A stretch of DNA of 64,000 bases from Balanoglossus misakiensis (taxonomy: Eukaryota > Animalia > Hemichordata), in assembly GCA_040954595.2 (NCBI GenBank), contig CM082584.2:2511344-2575343 (forward strand), given 5' to 3'. The position numbers were made by a program, and so were the translations under genes. Within the stretch, counting starts at the first letter, position 1. Each line of letters begins with the position of its first letter. Below, piece by piece: positions 52,310 to 64,000 of the stretch. The notes under the pieces were generated by a model, which worked only from the letters and a program-made list of their open reading frames with translations, was not told where the DNA came from and did not search any database.

Positions 52310-54539
52310 TTTAGCGAGACCCCCCGCACCCTCTGCCCATATGCATGCACTAAGATTCCATGTGCTTTAAATTGATTTTCAGATTGATCCATCGGTGATC
52401 CTCTTAATGGATGATGAGATGTTATCTAAGTATTTGACATCTTATGGGGACAGAGTTGCTGCTGTGGACTTCTCTCGCAGATTATTTTGTACTGTTCCAG
52501 ACAGAGAGAGCAGGAAGTCAGAACTACTGAAAAAAATAAGACAAAAATTTAGCCTTCGAAATGGAAAGCAGAATAGTGTATCAGATGACAAGGGAGAATC
52601 AAGTAAAGGTAATCGTGGACAAGCCTCAACTAGACCAAGACCATTTGGTAATACACATGCAGCAAAAATAAAGCGGAAAATTGAAATAGGATGGCTTGAT
52701 TTTGATTTCATTGAAAAAGAATACAAGCAAGTTCGAGCCAGAAAAGGTGGTGGAACAAGGTGTATATCAGTAAGTAAGTCGAGCACGAAAGCTGATCTCC
52801 TGACTACAGGAAAAGATTTGTTTTTCCCCAACGGCGTATCACAGCGAGGAGACATGGACAGTTATCACGTTGACATAAGAGATTCAGGAGAAAGAACAAT
52901 TGATGAAACAAGCACCGTTGGCGAATTGTATGAAGTAACTGGATTTAGAATGCTCCGCTTCTACATTATGACAAAGAGAAAAGACTGTGAACAGGTAGTG
53001 AAACCTAAAAAGAAGAGCAGACAAACAAGTAAGCAGTCACAATTAGAATCAGTGTCATTGTCAGATGACAGCAGTGATGCTGATCTACCTGATCCAGGAC
53101 TTGATAGGCATGTGCCAGTTCCACCGGCAAAGACGAGACAAGCAAGCAAGGGACAGTCACAAGCTCTTCCACAGGAATCTATTGATATGTTGTCTGATGA
53201 GAGCAATGATGCAGGTGTACCAAGTGCAGGAAACCACAATAAGCATATCCTAGATACAGTTCACCATGATCATGGTATGCCCAGTTGTAGCAGATTCCAG
53301 TCTGAACCCATCCCTGACGTAGGTTCTGAAGTCACATTAGAGACAGTCGATTCTGATGCAGAACCACTGGTGATTAGTGATAATGATTCAAACATTGTTC
53401 AGTTTGGATCACGGGGTTCCAATAGTAACTCAGCAGAAAGCCTTGATTCTACATTGCCGTTCTTTGAAAATGATGAACCTGTTAGCCAATCCCAGCCCCA
53501 AGACACTACCAGTCATATCAGTGAAGATCAAGACCCAGTGGAGACTAGAACACTTGTAATACACAGGAGTGATGTTTTGAATGACATGATTTCAGAATTC
53601 TCAGATCCAAAGATTATGGCATGTCCTATCAATGTGGCCATGGTTATGCCAGGAGGTAATATTGAGCGTGGTAGTGGTAGTGGAGTTGTGAGAGACTGTT
53701 TTACAAGTTTTTGGTCCGAGTTCTATGAATGTTGCACAGTTGGAAAGAATTGCCGGGTGCCATTCATTAGGCATGATTACCCAAGAGAAAAATGGGAAGC
53801 TGTAGCAAGAATAATCATGAAGGGTTGGAAGGAAATGGATTACTTCCCTATTGAGTTTGCAAAGCCATTCATGGAAGAAGTAATGTTTGGAGACCAGAAG
53901 TGTGAAGAGGCAAGTCTACTTCAAGTGTATTATCACTTCCTGTCTGAATCGGACCGTGAAGTATTTGAAGCTGCAATGAAGAACTTCCAAGAAGTAGAAG
54001 AAGATGAGTTAATTGAAGTGTTAGACCGACATGACTGTAAAAGACTGCCAACCAAAGAAAACATTGGATCCATTCTGCACGAAATAGCGCATAAAGAGAT
54101 AGTACAAGAGCCAATGTTTGTCATTGATAGTTGGCGACCAATCTTACAGACATTAGGCAAACAAATTGGCAAAGAGAACTTGGATAGACTGTATAATGAC
54201 AAGAAACCAACAACAAAGAAAGTCCTACAACATCTTCAAATCGCGGAATGCTTGAATAATGATGAGAGGGCTGTTGCTAATCACTTAAAACGATACATCC
54301 GTGAACTTGAACAAAGTACTCTAAAGAAGTTCCTGAGATATTGCACTGGTTGTGACATAATGACAGCAGAGCCGATTCAAGTGTCATTTGTTAAACTTGA
54401 TGGTTTACAACGTCGTCCAGTTGCTCACACATGTGGCAATGTGCTTGAACTGCCATTGTCATATGCCAACTTCGTAAAATTCAGAAGTGAGTTCAATGCA
54501 GTTTTGAACAGTGGTTTTTGGGACATGGATATTATTTGA
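52042..54539 (+). CDS. HECT-domain E3 ubiquitin ligase (G2E3-like HECT), ~744 aa; exons 52042-52119 and 52383-54539
   Basis: HECT motifs ERGSGSGVVRDCFTSFW, LKKFLRYCTG and RRPVAHTCGNVLELPLSY (catalytic Cys present). Spliced N-terminus MAEKLYEFLRRRRVPEEEIDRLEQEK|IDPSVILLMDDEMLSKYLTSYGDR looks SAM-like. No stops. Confidence 0.9.
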
Positions 54540-54928
54540 GACCATTGATATTGTTTCCATTGGTAGAACAGCAATGGTGAGTTATTACATGAATTAAAGG
54601 GACAATATTGTTGTGTTTGGCTTACATTGATATAAAGAATACAGGGAATACTTGTGTAAAGTCACTTGGTATGCAAAGTAATGATTATGTCAATGATGAA
54701 CCTGACGTGTCAGAAGTCACCTCTTTGCTGCATGGAAGAGGTGAATTTATGTGGATTCATTATGGGATGCGCCTGTAACTTTGCACTATTTTCAGTGTTT
54801 TCTTTAAATGTTCATACAGTTGCCATTTACTGTCATATTTCCTACAAATTGTTTTATCATTGATTACGTTAAATGTTTACACATATTATCTAATATATGG
54901 AGAAGCTAAATACTTGATGTGTTATTGC

Positions 54929-55069
54929 AGCCTGTTGTGGGGAGTTATTCAGTTACTTATTCAGCCTGTTGTGGGGAGTTATTCAGTTACTTATTCAGCC
55001 TGTTGTGGGGAGTTATTCAGTTACTTATTCAGCCTGTTGTGGGGAGTTATTCAGTTACTTATTCAGTTA
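54929..55069. repeat. 34-bp minisatellite, 4 copies, between the convergent genes
   Basis: AGCCTGTTGTGGGGAGTTATTCAGTTACTTATTC at 54929, 54963, 54997 and 55031. Confidence 0.95.
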
Positions 55070-55590
55070 CTATGTGACACAGTGTGTGACATAATGGTTA
55101 AAGCACAGGATGACCAGGCTTGGTTATTGGTGTAGATATAATGTAAACAAACAACTAGGAGTAGTCTCTGTTCCACTCTACCAAAGAAGATCAGTGCTTT
55201 ACTTGTCACTTATCGTCTGTATACTTAGTTTCTTTATTAACATGTTTGTTTGTTTGTTTACATATTTACATCTACAACCAAGCCTGGGCATCATGTGGTT
55301 TTAAGGTGCAAACAGTTGAGCCACAAAGTTGTTGTATTTCAGCTTTTATTTGCGGTGACAGTATTATACTTTACAGAATTAGATCTAACATTAACACAAA
55401 GTCTGTACCATAGTTTCATATTACTTCAGTGTTGAAGATGAACAATATTGTCATTATGTTCTGAAAGTTAATAAAACTTTGTTGTGTTGACAAATATCTT
55501 GCTTTAATTCATCCAGTTCCTTGCATGGAAGTGACATTGTTGTTGTTGTTTGGGTGATGTATAATAATTTCCTTTTACAGTAAGGTCTTG

Positions 55591-57558
55591 CTAGTCCGAT
55601 AAGGATTCATATTTTATAGAATTTCGGAGATTCACGTACAATTCCACAGCAGAATATGGGTCAGAAGGTAAATGCATATTGTTGTCGACCATGTATGAGA
55701 CACAGTACTCGAATAAATCTTCATCACAGGGGCACGCTCCTTTGAACACACATTCCTCTCGGCATGTGTTAATCTGTTCCTGAGAAACAGTTGATCCGAA
55801 ATCATGACTTCCATACATCTCCGGGACAAAGAACATCATGTGAGGTCGCCCGATGGGAGAGACTGCGTTACGTGAACGACTGATCCTGTGACAATTCCAT
55901 TCCATTACAGCATCATCCAGTTCATCCTGAATTATAAAATGACAGGCACAAAATGTATGAGGAAGTTCAATGTTAGCAGTTTAATACATGCATCAGTTAA
56001 ACATAGTCCCTAGGTACTATAGGATATCTAAAAGATACATACATGGTGACACCTCATCTACATGAACTCTTCAGACGGGAAGGTACACCTAAAATTAATT
56101 TATTGTAGTGAAATATAACCAAACAAACGGAATAAAATTACAAATATTATAATTATAACAATTTACATATATTAGATTATCAATTGGTGTATAGACGGGT
56201 TTACCAGCTGGCGTGTAATTTATGATGAGGCTTATCACACCAACAGTATTCGATCCGAGATTAATAGTAAGGTATTTGTCGAAGGAGTGGAAAGTCTAAA
56301 ATGTTGTCCAACATATGCATGCAGGATAGAGGTGCATAAAATGGACAATTGGAATAAGTAGACAAGGACAGTCTTAAATCACACACACAATGCATTGCAG
56401 GTTGTGATTTTTGTTCATCATGATACATATCAACACATGTACAGCACATTTTAAGCCTTTTTTACTTTGTATTTGAAGGTTTAAACCAAAATATGTGAGC
56501 AGTCCTTTCTTTTCAATACATAAAAACGTTCTTTTTTATACTCCTCCCATTTGGAAGAGCGTAGGGTTATTGTTAGTCAGTTTATACATGGGACTTCTTA
56601 TATTTTATTGTATTGTACGTTTTCACTATATAATATCAATCCTAGCAATATTTTCTATATAAGTATTTAAAGTATATACAGTATAAGTGATAGTGTAACA
56701 GATTGAGGAAAGACAATTATTTTTTAAGTCCCAAATTCTTCTTCTTACCTGTATCATTTTCAGGAAGCAAAATCTGACCAGATCTTTATCAAGATAATCA
56801 CCACTGAAGACTCCATCATCCTTTAGTTTGTAGAAAAGATCCAACCAAAACTGTCCACAGTGTTGGCGAAATGTACCCCACCATCGTTCTATGCGTTGGT
56901 TGAGTTGACTGCTGCCATAATAAAAGCAGTTGTCATCATTTGTTAGAAACTTCTGGAACTGTTCAACATGTCCATTTTCTGTGCCTCTATCCGCTCGCAT
57001 GTTTTGGGGGCAAGATTTCAGACTTTCAACTTCTTTGATGAAGTACCCTGCTATAATCTTCGGATCACTGTTGGTGTGATAAGCTTGAGCCCAAATTACA
57101 CGCCTGGAAAACCCGTCTATACACCCATTGATTGCTATTCCGTAAGGGGAAAGTTTGTCATACGAATCTAGGTGCCACATATAGTTCGGCCCAGGAGACC
57201 CATACTGGCGACGGCGTAGACGACGTCTCTTTCTTAATTCCACACCTATGGGGTCAATGATCTGGAGTAACAACCGCACACTCTCCCTGTCGATAACCAA
57301 TCCTCTCTGGACACACTTTAAATGCATCCACCGATAGCCGTGGAGTCTTCCAGATTTGTCAACCTCTTCTCTCAGAAATGTTATTACCTCATTGATGTCT
57401 GAATGGTACTTCCGTCTGAAAAGTCCGAGTTTCTTCAGTAATCTTTTAAGATGACGCATACTAATGACAACGTTATGATTGACAGCTAAAGTAGCCAGGA
57501 TTTCACTGTAGTTGAAGCCCATGTTGAAATAGATACGGATTATATCATCTCTTTCCAT
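55591..57558 (-). CDS. Integrase-like (IS3/IS481-related) DDE transposase, ~381 aa; exons 57558-56749 and 55926-55591
   Basis: N-terminal HTH-like region (YF.MGFNYSEI..SMRHLKRLL; GYRWMH); triad WHLD / RADRGTEN / NQRIERWW; phase-0 GT-AG intron joins KMIQ|DELDDAVMEWNCH. Confidence 0.92.
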
Positions 57559-57997
57559 GGTGACGTTATCTGTTCGATAGAGGAGGAATGTTAATTGTCG
57601 CATTAGATAAAAGGAATTATCGTATAATGATAATGAATAAAGTATAATATTGAAACCAATTGTTTAGTAACTTTACCACTGAGTCAGTTTTCTTGCCAAC
57701 TTGGAAAGTAATCTCTGGCCAAGACTTCGGTAATTTGTCCCAGTACGTATAACTAGTAATTATAAATATTACGAAGTTGAAATGTCAACTAATTACCAAG
57801 ACTCATGCACTCAGTCTGATGATACGATGCAGCATGCAGCTCTGAAACCGACGATCACTCCTACCATTGAATACACTGAGTGCTTGCTTGCCAATTCTCC
57901 GTACCGATATCGATGCATGTCCCTCTCTGGACCGATATCGATGCATGGTCCTCTCTGGACAGTCCCCCTACCAACACACCGCCCTCTTTCGAGAGAA

Positions 57998-58490
57998 TTA
58001 TCTCGAGATCTCGAGATAAAAAAATAAAAAGTCGGGAAAACGAATAGCATTATCTCGAGATCTCGAGATAAAAAAATAAAAAGTCAGGAAAACGAACTTG
58101 AATTATCTCGAGATCTCGAGATAAAAAAATAAAAAGTCGGGAAAACGAATAGCATTATCTCGAGATCTCGAGATAAAAAAATAAAAAGTCAGGAAAACGA
58201 ACTTGAATTATCTCGAGATCTCGAGATAAAAAAATAAAAAGTCGGGAAAACGAATAGCATTATCTCGAGATCTCGAGATAAAAAAATAAAAAGTCAGGAA
58301 AACGAACTTGAATTATCTCGAGATCTCGAGATAAAAAAATAAAAGTCGGGAAAACGAATGGAATTATCTCGAGATCTCGAGATATAAAAATAAAAAGTCA
58401 GGAAAACGAACTTGAATTATCTCGAGATCTCGAGATAAAAAAATAAAAAGTCAGGAAAACGAATGGAATTATCTCGAGATCTCGAGATAA
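57998..58490. repeat. Right TIR array: 10 copies of the 22-bp palindrome
   Basis: TTATCTCGAGATCTCGAGATA counted 10 times; linkers mostly alternate ACGAATAGCA / ACGAACTTGA. Confidence 0.95.
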
Positions 58491-61400
58491 TTTTTTATTT
58501 ATTGCGTATGTACATGTCCCCAACTGGCTTTCATAGTTTTAAACCGATGGTGGCAAAGAAGTTTTCCGCGAACATGAAAACAACACAGCTGCAAAATGAA
58601 GGTATTGTTCTACTGATACATTAAACGCACAACTTAGAATATGTGCCGTTTTAGCCACATGCAGTTTGCAGGCACCATGTAGCTCTGCTTGGCATAGTAA
58701 AACACGTGTCACGTGTTGATCACATGACTTAAATGAAGGCGAACGTCCATGTTTGTATGGGAGGGTCACCAGTTTTACGGCGCTGCATTAACGACGTTTA
58801 CGATTCGGCGACAAACACGTCAAGTAGGTTCCCATTTGTGAAATTTTCGTTCGATCTTTATTTCTGACAACATTATGTACATGTTCATGTAGTTTATTGT
58901 TTGAAAATCGGTGCGTATCATTTTGCTCCGCACCCAACGGATTTTCCTATGGATGGCTCCATAGCTTTGGGGAGGGAGAGCAGCGTTGACCCAAACAGCG
59001 TATAAGTCCAGAGCTATGCTGGGCAGAGCTGTGTGTCTTTACGACGTCACTCCTGTATATGAGAGAGACGGTGGGCGATCTCTTTTACAGTTATTTTCAA
59101 AATATTGTTTTTAAAAAAATAATATTTATTATTATCATCATCATCATCATCATGATTCCAGCTATTAATTTGCAGTACACGTTGTTGTCTTTTGCCAGAA
59201 AGGAATGCATTTCTCATATCACCTTACAAACTGCCAGAAATCCAAACAACACCTTTATGATAAAGCCTACAATGAAATGGTGGATGGTACAAATCAAAGA
59301 TTATGTGACTGCATGATCCTCTCCACATGATACTTCTCAAAGGATATTAATTTGCTTGGAGGGTGAATGTCTGTTGCTAAGCAACCAATGATGTGGGAGT
59401 GATGTAGAAATCTTTGTGATTTCTCAAAATATAACCATTATTCTAAATTAATATTTCCGTCAATTGGTTTTCAAGCATAATATATACACAACACAACAAA
59501 TTATATTGATATACCATGCCTAAAATATGAAATGGAAAAAATGCAATCAAATGAGTGGCCAAGCAAATTTTTTCAAAATTTTCCATTTAATTAACATTTT
59601 GTAATAGTTTATATATTTGAGGCTGACTGTGGGTTGATTCTGTCTGTCTTAAACATTCAAGAAAAATTTGTTTGTAAAGTCATTTCAATGCCTGTCTATT
59701 AAAGCCTGTATAGCTGCCAAATTTCACATATAAAATACTTCAAATATATTCCCTATCCTCTAAATCCTCAACTTAAGCCATATTACTCGCATTTGCATCA
59801 GTTTGTCATCTTTTGGCAACGCAAACCACGATAGCTGCGTACTGTTTGTATGGAGGCTGATGAAATAGGTGCGGCACCGTTTTAATACAAAAGTGTTCAA
59901 ATTGCAACATGCAGTCATAATCGGGCATCGATAAGGTGTTCATCTATACCTAAGTAAGCTTATTTAGATGGACTAATTTAAGTTGGAAATTAATGCTAAA
60001 AAGTGGCAGCTCTAGAGACTTTCAATTCCACATTTTCTAATTCCACAATTGTTGGATGTAAATGTATTTGAAATATGTGCTTTGATTGGATTATATGACA
60101 TAGATTTATTTGAAGGGTGTGTTTGGATTAGATTATGTGACCATTGGATTTTGGATTTGTGTTCAAGAATTGTTTGGAAATATAGAAGGGATCTGATGAA
60201 AAATGTTCAGGCAATTATTTTACCTTGGTCTAGAGTTTTAAAAAAGGGTGCGTGATTTTCATGTTGTTTGGGTATTGATACTATGTTCACTTCCAGTTCT
60301 ATATTTGCAAATTGAGATATGCTTAAATGTCCAGTATTCAGCTTATCAACTCTACCAGTATTTTCATTAATAACAATAAAATTTATGCGTTTATTGTTTG
60401 TGTAATTTGGATTATTAAGTCAAATGAGGGACAGTTCTTAATGTACACCTTGGAATGAATCAATCAACAACATAATAGATAGGTGCATATTTTTCCTCTA
60501 TTTTGATGTGAACTTTGCTAAATCCTTTTTATCATTTAAACAATGACCTTTGGCTTTTCAGAGACGCGGTCAAGATGTCTCTCCTAATCCGTTTGAGCTC
60601 GCGCTCTGATTCGATAGTATCATGCAGATGTTGCTTCATGTGATTGGCTAACGTCCTTGTCACGTGACGTGGCATACGTGTGGAACATACGTTCGGAACA
60701 ACAAACGACACTTGTACGCGTAAATTATGATTACGTATAAAATAATTCGGATAATCTCAATTTTTGGCGATCGATCTATAAAAATGAAATTGTGAAGTAA
60801 GTAGGCAACCATGGTGATACTTCCGGTGGAACGCCATTCTCGTGTACGTTAAGGCGTGGGCGCCCTCTATCGACAGACTGAATACGTTAATCGAGCATAA
60901 TAAACAATTGTAACCACACCAGCCAATCAGTTGATGTAATTCATGTTCAAGACAAGCAAATAAAATGAGACATTTCCGAGAAAACCTCCAAAACTATTAT
61001 CATGTGACAAATAGTGGCATTTTGGGGGTCGAAAATGATATTCTTAAAAGAAGGCCAAAAATCCACCGCTAGATGCTCACAATCCCATTATTATTTTTTA
61101 GTTTCACCTTATGACCCGTCAACTTTCTCTGATAGGACTCATACTGTAGTGTATTTCGCTGCCATAATATTTTGACGATGTAGATTATCGACTACCCATT
61201 GACCGGCAGCCAAAATTCCACCATTTATAGGGTTATGCTGAATCATTAACTTCGTTTTCAAACACAGTATCGTAATCTTGAAATGGGCGAACATGTTAAC
61301 CTTCGATTACGACCAGAGGTGTCAGAAAATAAAGCTGTTTAGCGGTGGATTTTTCGTATTTTCCGCCTCATAAATTATCCTTACCCTGGGACGCTCGTCC

Positions 61401-61827
61401 AGGGGTGCCATTACGTAATGCCTTAGTTGGCGTGATGCATTGTGGGTAAAATCAGCTGATCGTATACGCGTATCCTAGCAACTGACATGGACGCTACCAT
61501 TAGCGCCCGCCCGCGTTCAAGATCATTTTAGTGTTGCTACAGTTCAGAAAATCGTGAACATACATAATTCCCAATCAGTTTGGGATGATTTTTAGCCACA
61601 AGTAGTAATTACTGTCACTCATTCACTTATTTAACAAGCCATGACAACATTATATGAGGGAAATAAACCTTTATTTCAACTTCAATCTGGTGAGTACATG
61701 GATTTCATTTTACCCCATCAAAATAGTGCGTCTTGAAAGGTCAAAGTTCAACTTTTCCTTTGTTCATGTAAAATTGGCGCCATATTCAAATTGCAGCCGA
61801 TGATCCCTTCAGCTGTTATTTGGAGGT

Positions 61828-64000
61828 ATGCACTTGTTCAGTTGGCATGTCATCATGGCATTTTGTGGTTATTTTATGGCCATAGCTGCAAGAGCAACAA
61901 AAGAGCTTTCTAATTCCGAAAAGTCTACTCAGGAAAAGGCTGAAAATACATCAAGATTTATGCCTGTTTACAACATATCCATTGGACAAAGGTATGCCAA
62001 ATATCAGGATATCATGGCTAACAGCAGAAATATGCAAGTTACCAGTTTAAATTTAAACTGCCACGATTTGAGAAAACACTAAGTGCTTCAGTTCAATGGT
62101 TGAATTCCAGGAAAAATGTCAGTATTTCTACAGTATTTTTCTGCAACTAGTTGGCAAAAACTGCCTTTATCAAGGCAAATCCTACACACAGCACTTGACT
62201 GTCAAGAGTGCCAAAGTAGCAATGTTGATGTTCTGCTTTTGAACAAGTACTATCAGAAACATATCAAAAGTCTTCCCTTCTCGACTGTTGAGGTAATTGA
62301 AGATGCAATGGGAGAGATGCAACAACTACAAAATCCACATGAGACAAAGCTGACTGTCCCTCTTAAATCTACCGTAAGAACTGCCGGACAGCTATATCAG
62401 CGAGTAGAGGAGTCATACAATAAAGTGTACTCAACACCTTTCAGTGAAGCGCTTCTCAAAGTTCCGGGGTTCAAGCTACAGACAAAAATCAGCAAAGAAC
62501 AGAAAAAGAAAGACAGACGAGCACTTTATACTAATGTCAAGCAAAGCATCGAAAAATCCCACGCTAAAAATGACGGAGATTTAAAAACAATCCTAGGATC
62601 CGGTCAGTCATTTGCTTGCTACGAATCATGTTGACGGTCTGTTGACTTTGAGTCTACCGATTCTGCCAAGAAGCGAGTAAATCGCCGTCTACAACTAGAA
62701 TCCCTCAACAAGCTGACACCAAAAGACCATGTTGTAAAAACAGAGTCTGTTGAATAGGACAAAAGCTCATTTGTAAGTGAACTTTCCAATTATGATGCTG
62801 GCAAGGTCAACTGGAGTAGCCTTGCGAGAAAGTACGGGCTAACAGCTGCAAATGGTGGCCAAATACTGAAAGAGTACGCAACCTCAGCTGGCATCGACAC
62901 TGACAAGTTCAATATCAATAAGAAGGTTCAAGGTCGAGATTTTGTCAGAAGAGTACACCGTAAAACATTGAAAGGTCTTGGGGGAGGTGTCACTTCCTCA
63001 ACACCGACCAGCAAGAGCCCTGCAAGAAATATTGAAAACAAAAATAAGAAGTGGCGAAATCGACATCGGTGAATTAATAGCACCAAAAGAGTTCCAAAAG
63101 ATGACCATTGGAAAAGATGGCAAATTAAAAGAAGAAACTTATACAATCTACGCTAGAAAAATAAACTTACAGACAATCCGAAAACGAGAGCTTGACAGAC
63201 AAATTAAGCTTGGTGTTCTGAGAAGCCATGTTTATGGGTATGACGACGGTCATTACCAAAACCTAGAAGAAAAAGAAATAAGGGATGAGCTACAAAGAAT
63301 ACACGAGTTGAAAGAAGGAGAAACCATCGATGAAATGCGCAGTAAATTAAAAAGACTACATCACTCACGGCACTTCAAAATATGGCATGACCACAGTACT
63401 GTAGGCAACCATTCCCACATTGTCTTCATGGTGAGCTGGATATACGACGCGGCAACATATCTGACAAATGAGGAGTACTTGGAGAAACACGGAAAAAAGT
63501 AAACGTTGACTCGCTTGTTGAGAAGCCACATCTATATATAATGGGACGATCCAACTCCAATGACGTTGATCAGCTGTCATATGTTGAAACCAGAGTAGAA
63601 GATCTAAAATGTTTAACAGGACCAATAACATCCGACGAAGGTTCCAGGGAATACACAGATGTCCACCGATTTTTTCATGGCGATGGACCGGCACAGGAGT
63701 TTGAGGATTAGCACCAGAAAGGAGGTCACTACCAGTGCATCTGTGGAATAGAGTCAAGAAGACATGATGATCTGTCTGCATGTTACCATCTGAAATATCT
63801 GTCAATAGATGAGAAACGTAACTTGTTAATCAAGGGCAGCCCAATATGGAGAGAAAAGTCACGGCAAACTCCCCATCCATTTGCCAACCTAACAGTGGCC
63901 GACCTTAGGAGAGAGCTTGATGCTAGGGGTGAAGAAACTGAAGGATTAAAGAAGCCAGACTTACAATCTAAACTCTCTGAAATTTTACATGGTATGCAGA
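61828..64000 (+). pseudogene. Decayed large DDE transposase (RAG1/Transib/Chapaev-like motif spacing) with SAP-like motif; runs off the window
   Basis: Joined broken frames give KIWHDHS, RFFHGDGPAQEFED*HQKGGHYQCIC and FANLTVADLRRELDARGEETEGLKKPDLQSKL; several stops and frameshifts. Confidence 0.6.

Larger units (their letters stand above)
49949..58535. mobile_element. IS3EU-type DNA transposon, 8587 bp, with two convergent genes
   Basis: Perfect outer TIR TATGAAAGCCAGTTGGGGACATGTACATACGCAATAAATAAAAAATTATCTCGAG; 6-bp TSD GTTTTA (49943-49948 and 58536-58541). TAY..RTA termini, 6-bp TSD and an integrase-like transposase fit IS3EU. Confidence 0.9.

Noticed and set aside
54929-55069. 34-bp repeats as CRISPR
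   Set aside because: Head-to-tail with no spacers: a minisatellite.
57998-58490. CRISPR-like array of palindromic repeats with ~30-bp spacers
   Set aside because: Spacers are near-identical, the array is mirrored in the left TIR, there are no cas genes, and the context is eukaryotic.
61828-64000. True RAG1/ProtoRAG locus
   Set aside because: No RING or nonamer-binding region, no RAG2-like gene and no RSS-like TIR were seen; the similarity is limited to motif spacing.

Overview
AT-rich animal (invertebrate) genomic DNA with GT-AG introns, made mostly of nested transposable elements. A deuterostome such as a hemichordate is only a guess. All calls are by eye; no database search was run. (1) A ~14.6 kb CACTA/EnSpm-type DNA transposon (27065-41649, CCCTTACG TIRs) carries a 3-exon intact DDE transposase and a divergent 7-exon BEN-domain gene. 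A young LINE (11-bp TSD, open ORF2) sits in their shared promoter. (2) An 8.6 kb IS3EU-type DNA transposon (49949-58535, TATG termini, 6-bp TSD) carries an intact integrase-like transposase and a convergent, intact HECT E3 ubiquitin-ligase gene. (3) A minus-strand MED25 pseudogene has no middle exons that I could find; calcium-binding EGF exons and the CACTA element lie there instead. (4) A decayed large DDE transposase with RAG1/Transib/Chapaev-like motif spacing and a SAP-like motif lies at the right edge. (5) There are also nested Kolobok-like elements, many MITEs, hairpin elements, tandem duplications and microsatellites. The best candidate 'systems' are the transposon-borne HECT ligase and the transposon-borne BEN protein with its CAATTG/CAATAG-rich subterminal arrays and mirror-image promoter.
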